The notes below the pieces were generated by a model. The model had not been told where the DNA came from. It was given only the letters and a program-made list of their open reading frames with translations, and did not search any database. The position numbers and the translations under genes were made by a program. Below, piece after piece: positions 49,200-58,852 of a stretch of 64,000 bases of DNA (positions are counted from its first letter, which is position 1; each line of letters starts with the position of its first letter). Origin of the DNA: an archaeon. Its GTDB lineage: Archaea > Iainarchaeota > Iainarchaeia > Iainarchaeales > 0-14-0-20-34-12. The DNA lies in contig JBBSVU010000006.1 of the NCBI GenBank assembly GCA_038046645.1, positions 10,304 through 74,303 of the forward strand, given 5' to 3'.

Positions 49200-50138
49200 A
49201 TGCCAAACCTGAGGAGATTTTTTTCAGGGAAAAAGCCAAAATCTTTGCCGTCCGGCGTTTCAAAAAAAGACAGGCAGAGATATAAAAGCCTGAAAGGCAG
49301 AAGGATTCCAAAAAGACCTTCTGTGGGGGGGGCAAAATTGGAAAAAGGTCTTTCCCTGGCAACAAGAACAAAATTATTGGCCCCGAAGATTGAAGAATTT
49401 CTGCGAGGAAAAACCAAAGGTAGGAATCTTCTTTATGCTGATACTCTTAGCTGGTCTCTTCGACGCGTTCTATTTACTATTTTTGAAACAGTTGGTGAAG
49501 GTTTGCCAAGGGAAGTTTTTGACAGATCATTACCTGAAATATTCGCTCAAGCCGTTAGGCAGAAAGGAATAAGGTCAATTGCTGAAGTAGGTGCAGGAGA
49601 AACAGGAATTTTGACCGAAGCAAATGATTTGCTTGGGAAATCTAGAGTAAAAAGATATTCTGTTGGTGGAATGTCTGATCGTGAAAAATCTGCTTGCCGA
49701 AGATTGGGCATTGAAGTTATTCCAGAATATGCGGGGGATTTATCTAGAAGACATAAAGGAAAATGTGATCTCATAGTCGCAAGCAATGTATTCAGTTTTG
49801 GTGGTTCAGATGCCGGAGTTGGTAGTAATTCAATGAATAGGGCTTTTCTACAAAATACTAAAGCAGTTGTTGATTTGATTAAAACTTTAAGCAATAACCC
49901 AAATGCAAGGATTGTTTTGACAGAAGCAGAAGATTGTTTATTATTAGCTAGAAAAGAAATTGAGAGATATGCTAGAGTTGAAAGATGGCAACAAACAGAT
50001 ATGCCCAATGCACGTTATATTAGGGATCCTTTTTTCATAGAATTAAATGCAAGAAAAGCAGGCGGTCCTGCCCTTGCAAGAAAAATGAAAGAAGCACCAA
50101 ATATTGTTGTGCTTGCCCCACCACGTAAAATTCAATGA
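49200..50138 (+). CDS. Basic orphan protein with SAM-methyltransferase-like domain
   Basis: IAEVGAGETG motif I-like, CDLIVASNVF; long basic leader. Confidence 0.65.
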   Translation: MPNLRRFFSGKKPKSLPSGVSKKDRQRYKSLKGRRIPKRPSVGGAKLEKGLSLATRTKLLAPKIEEFLRGKTKGRNLLYADTLSWSLRRVLFTIFETVGEGLPREVFDRSLPEIFAQAVRQKGIRSIAEVGAGETGILTEANDLLGKSRVKRYSVGGMSDREKSACRRLGIEVIPEYAGDLSRRHKGKCDLIVASNVFSFGGSDAGVGSNSMNRAFLQNTKAVVDLIKTLSNNPNARIVLTEAEDCLLLARKEIERYARVERWQQTDMPNARYIRDPFFIELNARKAGGPALARKMKEAPNIVVLAPPRKIQ

Positions 50139-50223
50139 ATTTTAAATGGAAAGAAAAAATAAACCCAAGAGTTTACTAATTTCAGCAAGTTAAAATAAAA
50201 GCTATTTGTTACTAGTTTTTTAT

Positions 50224-50376
50224 ATGAACAAAATAAAATGTATTTGTGGAAAAGCAGCCAATCAAAAAGATTTCAATATCCAAGGTTTTCAAGTAAAAGG
50301 CTGGCAGTGCCCAAGTTGCAAAAGGATTGAATATTCAGATGATATAAATAAAGTTTTGGTTATTCAAAAAGCGTAG
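50224..50376 (+). CDS. Small zinc-ribbon protein (YgiT/MqsA-like), possibly truncated
   Basis: Hand-translated MNKIKCICGK...GWQCPSCKRIEY. Confidence 0.55.
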   Translation: MNKIKCICGKAANQKDFNIQGFQVKGWQCPSCKRIEYSDDINKVLVIQKA

Positions 50377-50486
50377 AAAATTATTGAATGTACTTTCTTA
50401 GCATCTATTTCTTTTTTAGCAATAGTTTCTTTTCTCTTGCAGACCTATTTTCTCTTTTCTTTTTTAAAGAAAAGAGAAAACGGTAA

Positions 50487-50589
50487 CGAGCCCGCTGGGA
50501 TTCGAACCCAGGACACCCAGATTAAGAGTTTCACCTCATGTTATAATCAAATAACAGAACTGGTGCTCTGCCAACTGAGCTACGGGCCC
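50487..50589 (-). tRNA. tRNA-Lys(CTT) with 30-nt non-canonical intron at 30/31 (50530-50559)
   Basis: CCAG|A-CT-CTT-AA-TCTGG after splicing; BHB helix CACC:GGTG. Confidence 0.9.
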
Positions 50590-50633
50590 ATTGCACAAAA
50601 TACCTTTTCTGGGTAGTGTTTAAAAATAGAACT

Positions 50634-50810
50634 TTAGTGCTTTGATTCCTTGTTCATTGCCTTTTCCTTTTCTTCCTCATCAAGCAAAGATTTCACTTTT
50701 TTCAGGCGTTCTATGGCTTCCTTAATTAAGACCCTTCTTCTTACGCTGTTTTCAGCCAAAGACCTTCTTTCCAATTCAACAATAATCTGCTCTAATTCAA
50801 GAAACATCAT
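50634..50810 (-). CDS. Small coiled-coil hypothetical protein
   Basis: Amphipathic helical ORF in a gene-sized gap. Confidence 0.55.
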   Translation of the reverse strand: MMFLELEQIIVELERRSLAENSVRRRVLIKEAIERLKKVKSLLDEEEKEKAMNKESKH

Positions 50811-50865
50811 AGAAATCAATATCAGTATAATAAAACAGAACTTTTAAATAATCACTCTTTTGAAT

Positions 50866-51420
50866 CTAATGCAATAACAATCTCCTGCTTAATCTTGCAG
50901 TTTTGGCACCAACAGCTTCTTTTCTTTTTTTAAACTCGCTCACTTCTTTTGGTTTAAAATAGGATACATCGGTTCTGGCGTGTGCGGATAAATTATAGTC
51001 ACCCTTTAAAACAATAATTCCTATTGAAGGAAAATTTTTTCTTAATCTCTCCATCGCTTCTGCACAACACCGCTCTTTATATAATCCTGCTAAAAGAACC
51101 CTTGTTGGGGCAATTCCTAATTCAGCACAGCGAGCTTCCATATTTTTTGGCTCTTCTGTGCCGTGCAGCAAATGAAATCTTCCTTTTTCAATTCCCATTC
51201 TTTTGAAAAAGCGGTCCATTCTTTTTTCTTGGTACTCATTAATAACTTCCCAAAAAACAGGCAAATTATGTTCTCCTGCAAACCTTAAAAGTTTTTCAAT
51301 TTTCTTTAAATGGTTAAGGTCTTTAGCTTCGAGCGGGTGGTTAATTACCTCTGGTTCTGGTTTTTGTGAAGGGCTATGCACTATGTAAACAACAGGGCCT
51401 TTGTAATTTGCAGTTGTCAT
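50866..51420 (-). CDS. Orphan protein, weakly isochorismatase/cysteine-hydrolase-like
   Basis: RVLLAGLYKERCCAE resembles the G...xC motif. Confidence 0.55.
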   Translation of the reverse strand: MTTANYKGPVVYIVHSPSQKPEPEVINHPLEAKDLNHLKKIEKLLRFAGEHNLPVFWEVINEYQEKRMDRFFKRMGIEKGRFHLLHGTEEPKNMEARCAELGIAPTRVLLAGLYKERCCAEAMERLRKNFPSIGIIVLKGDYNLSAHARTDVSYFKPKEVSEFKKRKEAVGAKTARLSRRLLLH

Positions 51421-51501
51421 ACTTGAATAAGCAGCATAAAATTAAAAAGAACCTTGATTTTCTGAAGTTCAAATTCAGTTGGATGAACTAAGTAAAATAT
51501 G

Positions 51502-52161
51502 TTACATCAAGGTAGCAACAAATAACAGTGTAATGCCGATAAGCGCCATTATTACTGTGACTATTATTGAATCCATAGTCATTGCCTGGCTGTTTGTAAA
51601 AAACATGTATAAAGCACCTAAGCAGAATATTAATCCAAGTGCTATTAATCCCAAGGAAATAAATTTATTTCTTGACCCTACTCCCTTAACCTTCATCTCT
51701 TCCATGTCTTTTTCAATTGTATTAATCCTTAAGCCTAATTCATTTAACGCATTTTTTGTCCTGTCTGTCAAATCTGTTACTGCTCGTATATTTTCGCCCA
51801 TCTGCTGCTGGAATGTCTTGCTCTGCCCTGTAATATTCTTTTCATAATCTTCCAAGTCTTTCATTACCTCAGAACTCACTTTCTTTTTCATATCCTTGCT
51901 TACAACTTCAGATTGATCCTGCAAATATTTTATTATTTTTGGCTTTTCATTATCCATATCTGTTGAAACAATTTTGCTGATTTCATTTCTCAATAATGCA
52001 AAGGTGTCTGCCTGCCCTAATAAAAGAAGCCTTTTTGCCTTTTCAGGCTCTACCCCCAAAGATTGCAATGTTTGTATTATTTTTTCTTCAGATTCCCCTT
52101 CCTTTACCATATCTTGGATTATTTGGATAATGCTTGACTCCTTTTGTTCTTTTGCAGCCAT
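51502..52161 (-). CDS. Coiled-coil protein with two C-terminal TM helices
   Basis: Composition; 1-bp overlap with upstream gene. Confidence 0.8.
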   Translation of the reverse strand: MAAKEQKESSIIQIIQDMVKEGESEEKIIQTLQSLGVEPEKAKRLLLLGQADTFALLRNEISKIVSTDMDNEKPKIIKYLQDQSEVVSKDMKKKVSSEVMKDLEDYEKNITGQSKTFQQQMGENIRAVTDLTDRTKNALNELGLRINTIEKDMEEMKVKGVGSRNKFISLGLIALGLIFCLGALYMFFTNSQAMTMDSIIVTVIMALIGITLLFVATLM

Positions 52162-52814
52162 TATTCAATCACCGTTTCTATTTTCAATTCCTTTATAGTA
52201 TCTAGTACCTTTACTTTAAATATTATCTGTGCAGTTCCTTTTCCTATTGCTGTGAATTCAAATTCTTCAGTAACGCATTTCCCTTCTTCTTTAGTGATTA
52301 ACCTATCTAACGAGCCGTCATTATCAATATTTGAGTCATCAGCTTCCAGCAGTTTTTCATCAATGTTTATTTCAATCTCCCCTTCTTCCATTTCATCCGA
52401 GCATATTTCTAAGTATATTTTAAAATTCATCCCTGATTTAACCATCTTAGGGTAATTAGCGCTTAGGTTTAAAGGGATGCCAGCCTCCATTTTTATTATG
52501 GCAGTGCTTACAGGCACATGCCAAGGGGCAGAAGCAGTTATTTTGGCAATATTTTTAGGCATATCAATTTCTTTCTTTTCTAACGGCTTTAACTCTTCAA
52601 TAAAGCCTATTTTATTTCCTTTTTCGTCTAAAATATCAATGTTTTTTATCAAATGTGAGGTGGTGTTGCTGATGAATAATTTTTCCCCTGCTGAAGTAAC
52701 TTCCCTGTCTAGTTTTAGCCCGCTATTAAAAAAAAGCAGAAGCAGAAAAATTGCTATGAATATGGCATAAATTATCCCGAAAAAAAAGATCACTCTTTTT
52801 TTATTCTCAAGCAT
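52161..52814 (-). CDS. Membrane-anchored beta-rich hypothetical protein
   Basis: N-terminal TM helix followed by Ig-like strands. Confidence 0.75.
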   Translation of the reverse strand: MLENKKRVIFFFGIIYAIFIAIFLLLLFFNSGLKLDREVTSAGEKLFISNTTSHLIKNIDILDEKGNKIGFIEELKPLEKKEIDMPKNIAKITASAPWHVPVSTAIIKMEAGIPLNLSANYPKMVKSGMNFKIYLEICSDEMEEGEIEINIDEKLLEADDSNIDNDGSLDRLITKEEGKCVTEEFEFTAIGKGTAQIIFKVKVLDTIKELKIETVIE

Positions 52815-52886
52815 ACTATGCTAATAGATATTCTTTTAATAAAGTTAACCGTGCAAATGAGAAATCTAAATTTTTTAAAAATATTT

Positions 52887-53363
52887 TTAGCAGTCAGCAG
52901 CATTTGCCAACTGTTTTAATGTATATTCTCCTTTCAATATCTGGCCATTTATTGCCCAAGTAGGATAGTCTGAAATATTTGCTTTTTCACATTCATTAGA
53001 AAGTTCTATGCCAGTAATACATTCGATATAATTAATGTGTACAAAAGCGCTTCCAAATGCTTCTTTCTGGCTTACCGTATGTTTACTCCAATTTGCGCCA
53101 TATAATTTCGCATTCTTACTGCCTAAACACACTGCAATATCCGTATTTGCAATCTCTATTGTTTCAGGTGATTCTTCAAGTATATCTTCCTGAAATTCAG
53201 TTTGTGTTTTGTTGCTGCCAGCATCAAGCCATATTGCTGCCAATCCCCGTAATCCACTGCCGGCTAGGGGATTTGCCTTATTGGATAGGCTCATAAATCC
53301 AAAAGCCACAATCAGCAAAACAAAAATCCAGAAGGCTTTGCTTAATACAAATCTCTCAAACAT
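52887..53363 (-). CDS. Membrane-anchored thioredoxin-like protein lacking CxxC
   Basis: LYGANWSKHT..QK..FG, YIEC, YPTW, LANAADC. Confidence 0.75.
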   Translation of the reverse strand: MFERFVLSKAFWIFVLLIVAFGFMSLSNKANPLAGSGLRGLAAIWLDAGSNKTQTEFQEDILEESPETIEIANTDIAVCLGSKNAKLYGANWSKHTVSQKEAFGSAFVHINYIECITGIELSNECEKANISDYPTWAINGQILKGEYTLKQLANAADC

Positions 53364-53373
53364 GGTTTACTCA

Positions 53374-53730
53374 TTATATTAATTTGAGATTGCCAGTGAT
53401 TTTATCTATATCTATCTCAGGCACAGGGCCTATGGCAAAGCAGGTCTTTGTCCCTGCAATAATTTGGGTTCTTCCAGCATCAGTAATTAGTGCTGGCATT
53501 CCCTGAAACCTTTTCTTAACAGCTTCAAACATCTCAAGCAATTCCTTTTCGCTTCCAACCTTTAAAACAACCTTTTCTTGGCCAGAATTTTTCCAAGCAT
53601 CAACCCATTCAGGCTCTTTATTCAATGCCTTTTCATATGCCCCCAAAGATGCATGCGAAGATTGCGCAGCTAATTTCCCTTTACCCATCTTCAAATCTGC
53701 CCTTATTACAATTACCTGCTTGAAGTTCAT
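53374..53730 (-). CDS. pth2: Peptidyl-tRNA hydrolase 2
   Basis: KQVIVIRADLKMGKGKLAAQSSHA, DAGRTQ, IGP. Confidence 0.96.
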   Translation of the reverse strand: MNFKQVIVIRADLKMGKGKLAAQSSHASLGAYEKALNKEPEWVDAWKNSGQEKVVLKVGSEKELLEMFEAVKKRFQGMPALITDAGRTQIIAGTKTCFAIGPVPEIDIDKITGNLKLI

Positions 53731-53900
53731 TATTAAATCAAATACAAACAATAATAAAAATAGATTGATTTATTAGGACAAGTAACAAAAGAGGCAGAAA
53801 GAGCAGTTGTAATAATGTAGCCGCATGAAGAATAACAAGCCCAATCCCTAATTCAGAACCTTCCATTACTTTAAAAAATTCTTTTATTGCTGTTTTTATT

Positions 53901-55202
53901 ATGGTTACAAGGCGAAGATTAGGTATTAAACATAACTCATTGCTCACATGGCGTTCGATTGATAAGGAAAGATTAGTTCACAGGCCTAACGTAAAGATAT
54001 GCTCTAAGCAGATTAGTGTTTCTTTTTTGGAATGGCTGAAGCATTTAGAATCTCCTTACACTTTTCTCAGCAGATTAAAAGCAGAAAAGAAAGGCGAGAA
54101 ATATTTAAGGCCAAAATCTGAAAAGCAAAGGAAAGAGGATTTGGTCCAATTGGAAAAATTTTGGTATGTTACCAAAGGAAGGGTATTGCTAGGGAAATTG
54201 TTTGCGGACAAGGATTTGACTGAAGCAGGGATTGCTAAGGAGATGTCTAGGCAGGGCTTTAAGATGAGCCGTGAATTTGTCAGGCAAATAAAGGTTGCAT
54301 GGCAGCTTGAAAGGGATACTCGGTTTACCCGTGCCACAAGAACCCGTAAAAAAGTGCTTGATCTTATTAAAGAACATCCTACTTGGTCTTTTAAAAAAAT
54401 TGGTGCAGAGGCAGGAATTGGCACTGAGTATGCTTCTCATATTGTCCAGTCAGCCGGAGTAAAGAAACCCCCTGCAGGAAGGGTTTCCCCAGAAGAGCGT
54501 GCTGCCAGAGAAAACTTTTTGTACTCTGCTGGCATTGAGTTTTCTGGGCCTGTTCGCACGCCTTCAATTAAGATGAAGGCGCATGCAATTCACATGTATA
54601 CTAAGTATCGTGATAATGATGGCAACAATTTTGTTGTTCGGCATTATAACCCTTTTTTGAAGTTGACTTCTGGCAAGGTTGATACATCTATTAGGATTTT
54701 GGATAAATATGGTGTGGACTGGAGAGATGATGATAAGGGTTTATGGCGATTGATTAGTAACAGTACTTCTACGCTTAGGGCTAGATTGGGATTGTTTGAA
54801 TTGCTTGGAGTCTCTCCTGAATTACATTATTTGCTAATCTGTAACTTTCGTAATGGAATTAGGCATTTTAACCAGGAGGGTTTTGCTTCAATGCGCGAAG
54901 CCGTTGTTTCCCATAATATTCCTGTGCTGAAAAATTTTGTTAGAGGAACTTGTAATAAAATGCTGAATAGAAGTGCAAGACCCCCTAATGCAGATTTTTT
55001 TGAAGCTGCTGAAAACGCCTTTGTTACTGTAATGAGCGAATGCAAGCATCCTGAAAAACACCCTGCGGCTTTTCTTACATTAGTTTCTCATGCTATAGGT
55101 GATGCCTTAAATAAAGAGGCAATACATTTTGCTAGGACAAGCTCAATAGAAGATTTTACTGATATTCCTTCTGATGGAACAAGGCCAAGGAGAAAATTAT
55201 AA
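53901..55202 (+). CDS. Basic orphan protein with HTH motifs and degenerate sigma region-2-like C-terminus
   Basis: TEAGIAKEM..MSREFVRQI and SFKKIGAEAGIGTEYASHI HTHs. Confidence 0.6.
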   Translation: MVTRRRLGIKHNSLLTWRSIDKERLVHRPNVKICSKQISVSFLEWLKHLESPYTFLSRLKAEKKGEKYLRPKSEKQRKEDLVQLEKFWYVTKGRVLLGKLFADKDLTEAGIAKEMSRQGFKMSREFVRQIKVAWQLERDTRFTRATRTRKKVLDLIKEHPTWSFKKIGAEAGIGTEYASHIVQSAGVKKPPAGRVSPEERAARENFLYSAGIEFSGPVRTPSIKMKAHAIHMYTKYRDNDGNNFVVRHYNPFLKLTSGKVDTSIRILDKYGVDWRDDDKGLWRLISNSTSTLRARLGLFELLGVSPELHYLLICNFRNGIRHFNQEGFASMREAVVSHNIPVLKNFVRGTCNKMLNRSARPPNADFFEAAENAFVTVMSECKHPEKHPAAFLTLVSHAIGDALNKEAIHFARTSSIEDFTDIPSDGTRPRRKL

Positions 55203-55324
55203 AGCAATTCCCTTAAAATTTTTATAAAAAATTTAGTGAAAAGTGAGGACGGAATAGGGAAATTTTTTTTCACTGAGAACTCACTTCCATAAGCTTTAAA
55301 AACATCTTTTCCAGATTTTCTTAT

Positions 55325-55483
55325 ATGGAATTTGTTTTTTCAAAAAAAGAAATTTCTTTCAACAGAGAACTGTCTTTTCTTGACAGGTTTGTGTTGAAGT
55401 TCACCAAATTACTTGAAAAGCATAAAATTGACTATGTGATTATTTCAGGTTATATTGCAATTTTGTTTGTAGGGAAAAGTTAA
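55325..55483 (+). pseudogene. Truncated nucleotidyltransferase-like gene
   Basis: RELSFLDRFV...IDYVIISGYIAILF stops before the expected R.T.D.D motif. Confidence 0.55.
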
Positions 55484-55610
55484 AATAAAATTTACCTTAA
55501 TAATCTATTTTTGTAGACTAAACAAATAGTATCCCACTTGCCTTATACCCCCGTTTTTATTTATTATGTATTCTATTCTATTTTTATTTATTCTGCATTT
55601 TATTTAACAT

Positions 55611-56501
55611 ATGCCTGTATTAAAAAAACCCGCACCAAGGCCAAGAAGGCCTTTTGCTGAAATAACCGAATCAAGAAAAGGCCCTCTGAATGTAGCGCTT
55701 GCTGATTTTTATGACGAACATGGCAGATGGGTAAAAAGAAAATCAAAGGTAACGGTAGGGGGCAGATTAGTAGAGAGGCGCAAGCACACTGTTGATAAGG
55801 AAGGGCCTAAATATATACAAGATGTTTATTCTGACAAAGGTAAGCTTATTGGTTCTATCATAACCCAAAGAGAACCTGCTTTTGATTTAAATAGAGGGGA
55901 AGACAGGTTTCATCTTGAGGTTAAGGATAAAAGGCGTGGTCAGATTAGAACAATAGATGCAATACACAAAGGAAAATTTGAAGATGTAAATATTGCCCAT
56001 TTAAATGAATGGCTTTCAGCCGAAATATTAGATATGCCTATATTTGATAGGCCTATTTTTGATAAGCCTGATTTTGCAAGAAATCTTGCAACTGCATTAA
56101 CTAGGGCTCCATATTTTTTCTTTGAAAACTTTTCAGATGCAAGAATGGAAGAATTTGCAAGGTATGTTGCTGAACATAAATACGAATTTATGTCCGGCAT
56201 AAGCAAAAATCCCGACGGTTTTTGGAATTCTTTGCATAAACATAAATATGCTTTTGCAAAAAACCTTGAGCGTTTCTTGTTGGAAGGCCATATAGAAAGG
56301 GATAACGCCCTGATGATTGCATTTAAATTAAGTGGCGTAAATCTGGCTGGTGAAGGAAGGTTAGCGCCTGCAATAAGGCGCAGTATGCGGCAAGAGGAAA
56401 TTGATAAACAAGCAAGAGCCAATGCTGAACAAAGAAGATTATTGCAAGAAGCAGAAAGGGCTGTTGTAATAAAACCGCCATCCAAGCAACCAAAAAAGTA
56501 A
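55611..56501 (+). CDS. Basic orphan protein
   Basis: 296-aa ORF starting MPVLKKPAPRPRRP. Confidence 0.75.
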   Translation: MPVLKKPAPRPRRPFAEITESRKGPLNVALADFYDEHGRWVKRKSKVTVGGRLVERRKHTVDKEGPKYIQDVYSDKGKLIGSIITQREPAFDLNRGEDRFHLEVKDKRRGQIRTIDAIHKGKFEDVNIAHLNEWLSAEILDMPIFDRPIFDKPDFARNLATALTRAPYFFFENFSDARMEEFARYVAEHKYEFMSGISKNPDGFWNSLHKHKYAFAKNLERFLLEGHIERDNALMIAFKLSGVNLAGEGRLAPAIRRSMRQEEIDKQARANAEQRRLLQEAERAVVIKPPSKQPKK

Positions 56502-56522
56502 CCTTATTTTTATTTGCAAACT

Positions 56523-56541
56523 TTCACAGGAAATCTACTCT
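56523..56541 (+). promoter_or_regulatory. Conserved box variant, 9 bp upstream of the nurA TATA box (56551-56558)
   Basis: TTCACAGGAAATCTACTCT-N9-TTTATAAA. Confidence 0.72.
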
Positions 56542-56582
56542 CTCCATTTGTTTATAAACCCCAAATTCTCTTTTATTTCAGA

Positions 56583-57680
56583 ATGAATCCTTTAAGAATA
56601 ATTTCTGAAGCTGTTGAAAACATAAAGCAGAATGAGGCAAAGAGAGTAGATGCAGTAAAAGAAATTCTTGCAAAAAAATATTCGAAAATTGATTTTGATA
56701 CAGGTTCAAAAAATTGCTTGCTTGAAGATAAATTGGTTTTTCCAATTGCTGAACATACTTTGAATTCAAGGATTGCGGCGGTTGATTCAGGCTTTGTTGG
56801 AAAAAACCTTTATTCTTTTGACCTGCTTTTCATAAGGACAGCAGGTGTACTTTTTACTTATAAAAACAACATTCTTGAGAGGGCAGCATATTACCCAGAA
56901 ATGTTTTCCTTCCCAAAGCCAATTTTCATCAATGGAGCTTTACAATTAGATGAAAGCTCGGTTTCAAGAAGCCTTTACCGCCTATTTGAAGAAATTGGCT
57001 TAGCCAAAGAAATAATTGAAAAGGAAAAGCCGGAATACTGTTTAATCGACGGTTCAATTATTCCACAGCATGCAGACAAGCCAAGAAAGGATTCTAAGGT
57101 AACAAATTCATATTCAAAGGTTATTTCCCTATTTGAAAGTTTATACAAAGCAGCAGAAGATAATGGCACAATTTTAATCGGATGTATTGAAGATTCAAGA
57201 GGTTCAAGATTCAGGGAAATAATCCAGCAGAATTTTGTTTCTGAACTGAATAAACCAAGGTTAGATGATTGCTATGATTCTGTTTTGTTGGATTCCTTGC
57301 TAAAAGAAAAGGAAAGAACCTCTGCATTCCATTATACAAACAATATCGAAATGCACCCTATACTTTCAGATTTTAATGAAAAATATTCAAAAGCCGTGAA
57401 TGTTTGTTACTTAAAACCTTCAAAATATGATCGTGCATTAAGGATTGAATTTTTGTCAAATGAAAGGAATGAAAAACTAACTGAATTTGTGGATAAAATT
57501 TCACCCGTAATCTGCCAATTGTCATCACTGCACAGGGAATATGCATTTCCCTCCCCTTTAATAGAAGCAGATTTAAGGGCAGGTTTAAATCCAGACGAAA
57601 TAGAATTTGTTTTCAACAAAATAGCTGACAAATTAGGCAATAATTTTAGGCTAATGCGCAGGGATTCAAGGCCGTTTTAA
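56583..57680 (+). CDS. nurA: DNA double-strand break repair nuclease NurA
   Basis: AAVDSG, EIGLA, LIDGSI, YAFPSPLIEAD; near herA. Confidence 0.9.
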   Translation: MNPLRIISEAVENIKQNEAKRVDAVKEILAKKYSKIDFDTGSKNCLLEDKLVFPIAEHTLNSRIAAVDSGFVGKNLYSFDLLFIRTAGVLFTYKNNILERAAYYPEMFSFPKPIFINGALQLDESSVSRSLYRLFEEIGLAKEIIEKEKPEYCLIDGSIIPQHADKPRKDSKVTNSYSKVISLFESLYKAAEDNGTILIGCIEDSRGSRFREIIQQNFVSELNKPRLDDCYDSVLLDSLLKEKERTSAFHYTNNIEMHPILSDFNEKYSKAVNVCYLKPSKYDRALRIEFLSNERNEKLTEFVDKISPVICQLSSLHREYAFPSPLIEADLRAGLNPDEIEFVFNKIADKLGNNFRLMRRDSRPF

Positions 57681-57824
57681 ACAAGCATTATTGAAGTTAT
57701 CCTTAACCTATTTATTCTATTTGTTCACTATTTTAATATGCCTAGCCCAAAACCCTCAAGAAAAGTTATGTTTAAGAAAAACATTCTAATGCTAGTTGGG
57801 GTTAGTTCCCTCTTAGCCAATTAC

Positions 57825-58715
57825 CTAGGTAAAATATGCTTTCTTAGGGAATTGTATTGAGCTTGCTGTTCCTGCTACCAAACGCCCGTTACCTGTCTTT
57901 GGGTCAATTACTACAAAAAAGCATTTTGCTATCTCAGCACATAAATTAGGGGTGGCACTTTCTTTTGCTAGGTTGCTTAGTTCTGCTTTAGCTTTCAATA
58001 TCTTATCTCTGTATTCTTTGAACTGCTTGCGTAATTCTTCATAATTGGGAATGTTCTTTCTGCGTGTTGCATAATAATCTAATACTTGTTTAGTTCCTCC
58101 TTCAGATAAATCCTCAACAGGCAACACAGCGCAAGTCATTACCTGTTCTGGATTTGTTTTTACTAATTTATAAGATTCAATGGTTGGAATGCCCATATTT
58201 CGCAATATTTTAAAATTTTCATTTTCAAGGTGAAGCCATATTGTTCCATGCCTATGGCTTACAAAATAATTTTCATCAAAATATCTTTTTCTTATTGCAG
58301 CAGGCACATTATCAGGCAATTCCCCAACTCCAATAATCCCTAAATTCATCTTTCCTTCTAACTCAGAAAGCTGCCTTCTGACCCAATTATCAGGATATCT
58401 GCAGGCTTTAAGTGCAAACCATTTTCTTTCACCAGTTTTATGGTCATCAAATTGCCCTGCCCTAAAAACAAGTATCTTGCCACCAACCCCTAAAAGCCTT
58501 GGGTCTTGCTTGCTTATTGCAACAGTTTTGATGCCTCTTGGAAAAATATATCTAAATCTTTCCATAACAAGTGTTTGCATGCTATTTCTGCTGACTTCTG
58601 TTACTTTCAGTTCAGCACTTCTTTCAATCATATCCTTTCTTCTTAAGAGTTTTGACAATTTTCTTAATCCTTTGTGAAATCTGTTCTTTAGTCCCAGCAA
58701 ACTTGGCTTAATCAT
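57825..58715 (-). CDS. Basic orphan protein, kinase-fold-like (paralog of 63233-63901)
   Basis: LLGVGG, FALK, LRNMGIPT, EDLSEGG. Confidence 0.65.
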   Translation of the reverse strand: MIKPSLLGLKNRFHKGLRKLSKLLRRKDMIERSAELKVTEVSRNSMQTLVMERFRYIFPRGIKTVAISKQDPRLLGVGGKILVFRAGQFDDHKTGERKWFALKACRYPDNWVRRQLSELEGKMNLGIIGVGELPDNVPAAIRKRYFDENYFVSHRHGTIWLHLENENFKILRNMGIPTIESYKLVKTNPEQVMTCAVLPVEDLSEGGTKQVLDYYATRRKNIPNYEELRKQFKEYRDKILKAKAELSNLAKESATPNLCAEIAKCFFVVIDPKTGNGRLVAGTASSIQFPKKAYFT

Positions 58716-58793
58716 ATTCTACTCATATTGCAACCTTCTTAATTATTTTTGGTTTGCAGGTAATACACAAAAAGTGTCCACTAGAAAGAATAG

Positions 58794-58812
58794 TTCAGGG
58801 GAAATCTACTCT
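58794..58812 (+). promoter_or_regulatory. Conserved 19-bp box, 9 bp upstream of the herA TATA box (58822-58829)
   Basis: TTCAGGGGAAATCTACTCT-N9-TTTATAAA. Confidence 0.75.
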
Positions 58813-58852
58813 TTGCAATGCTTTATAAACAACCTTTTGGCTTAAGTAATTC

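Noticed and set aside
55269..55287. Sixth copy of the repair box (TTCACTGAGAACTCACTTC)
   Set aside because: Too many mismatches and different spacing to the TATA-like sequence
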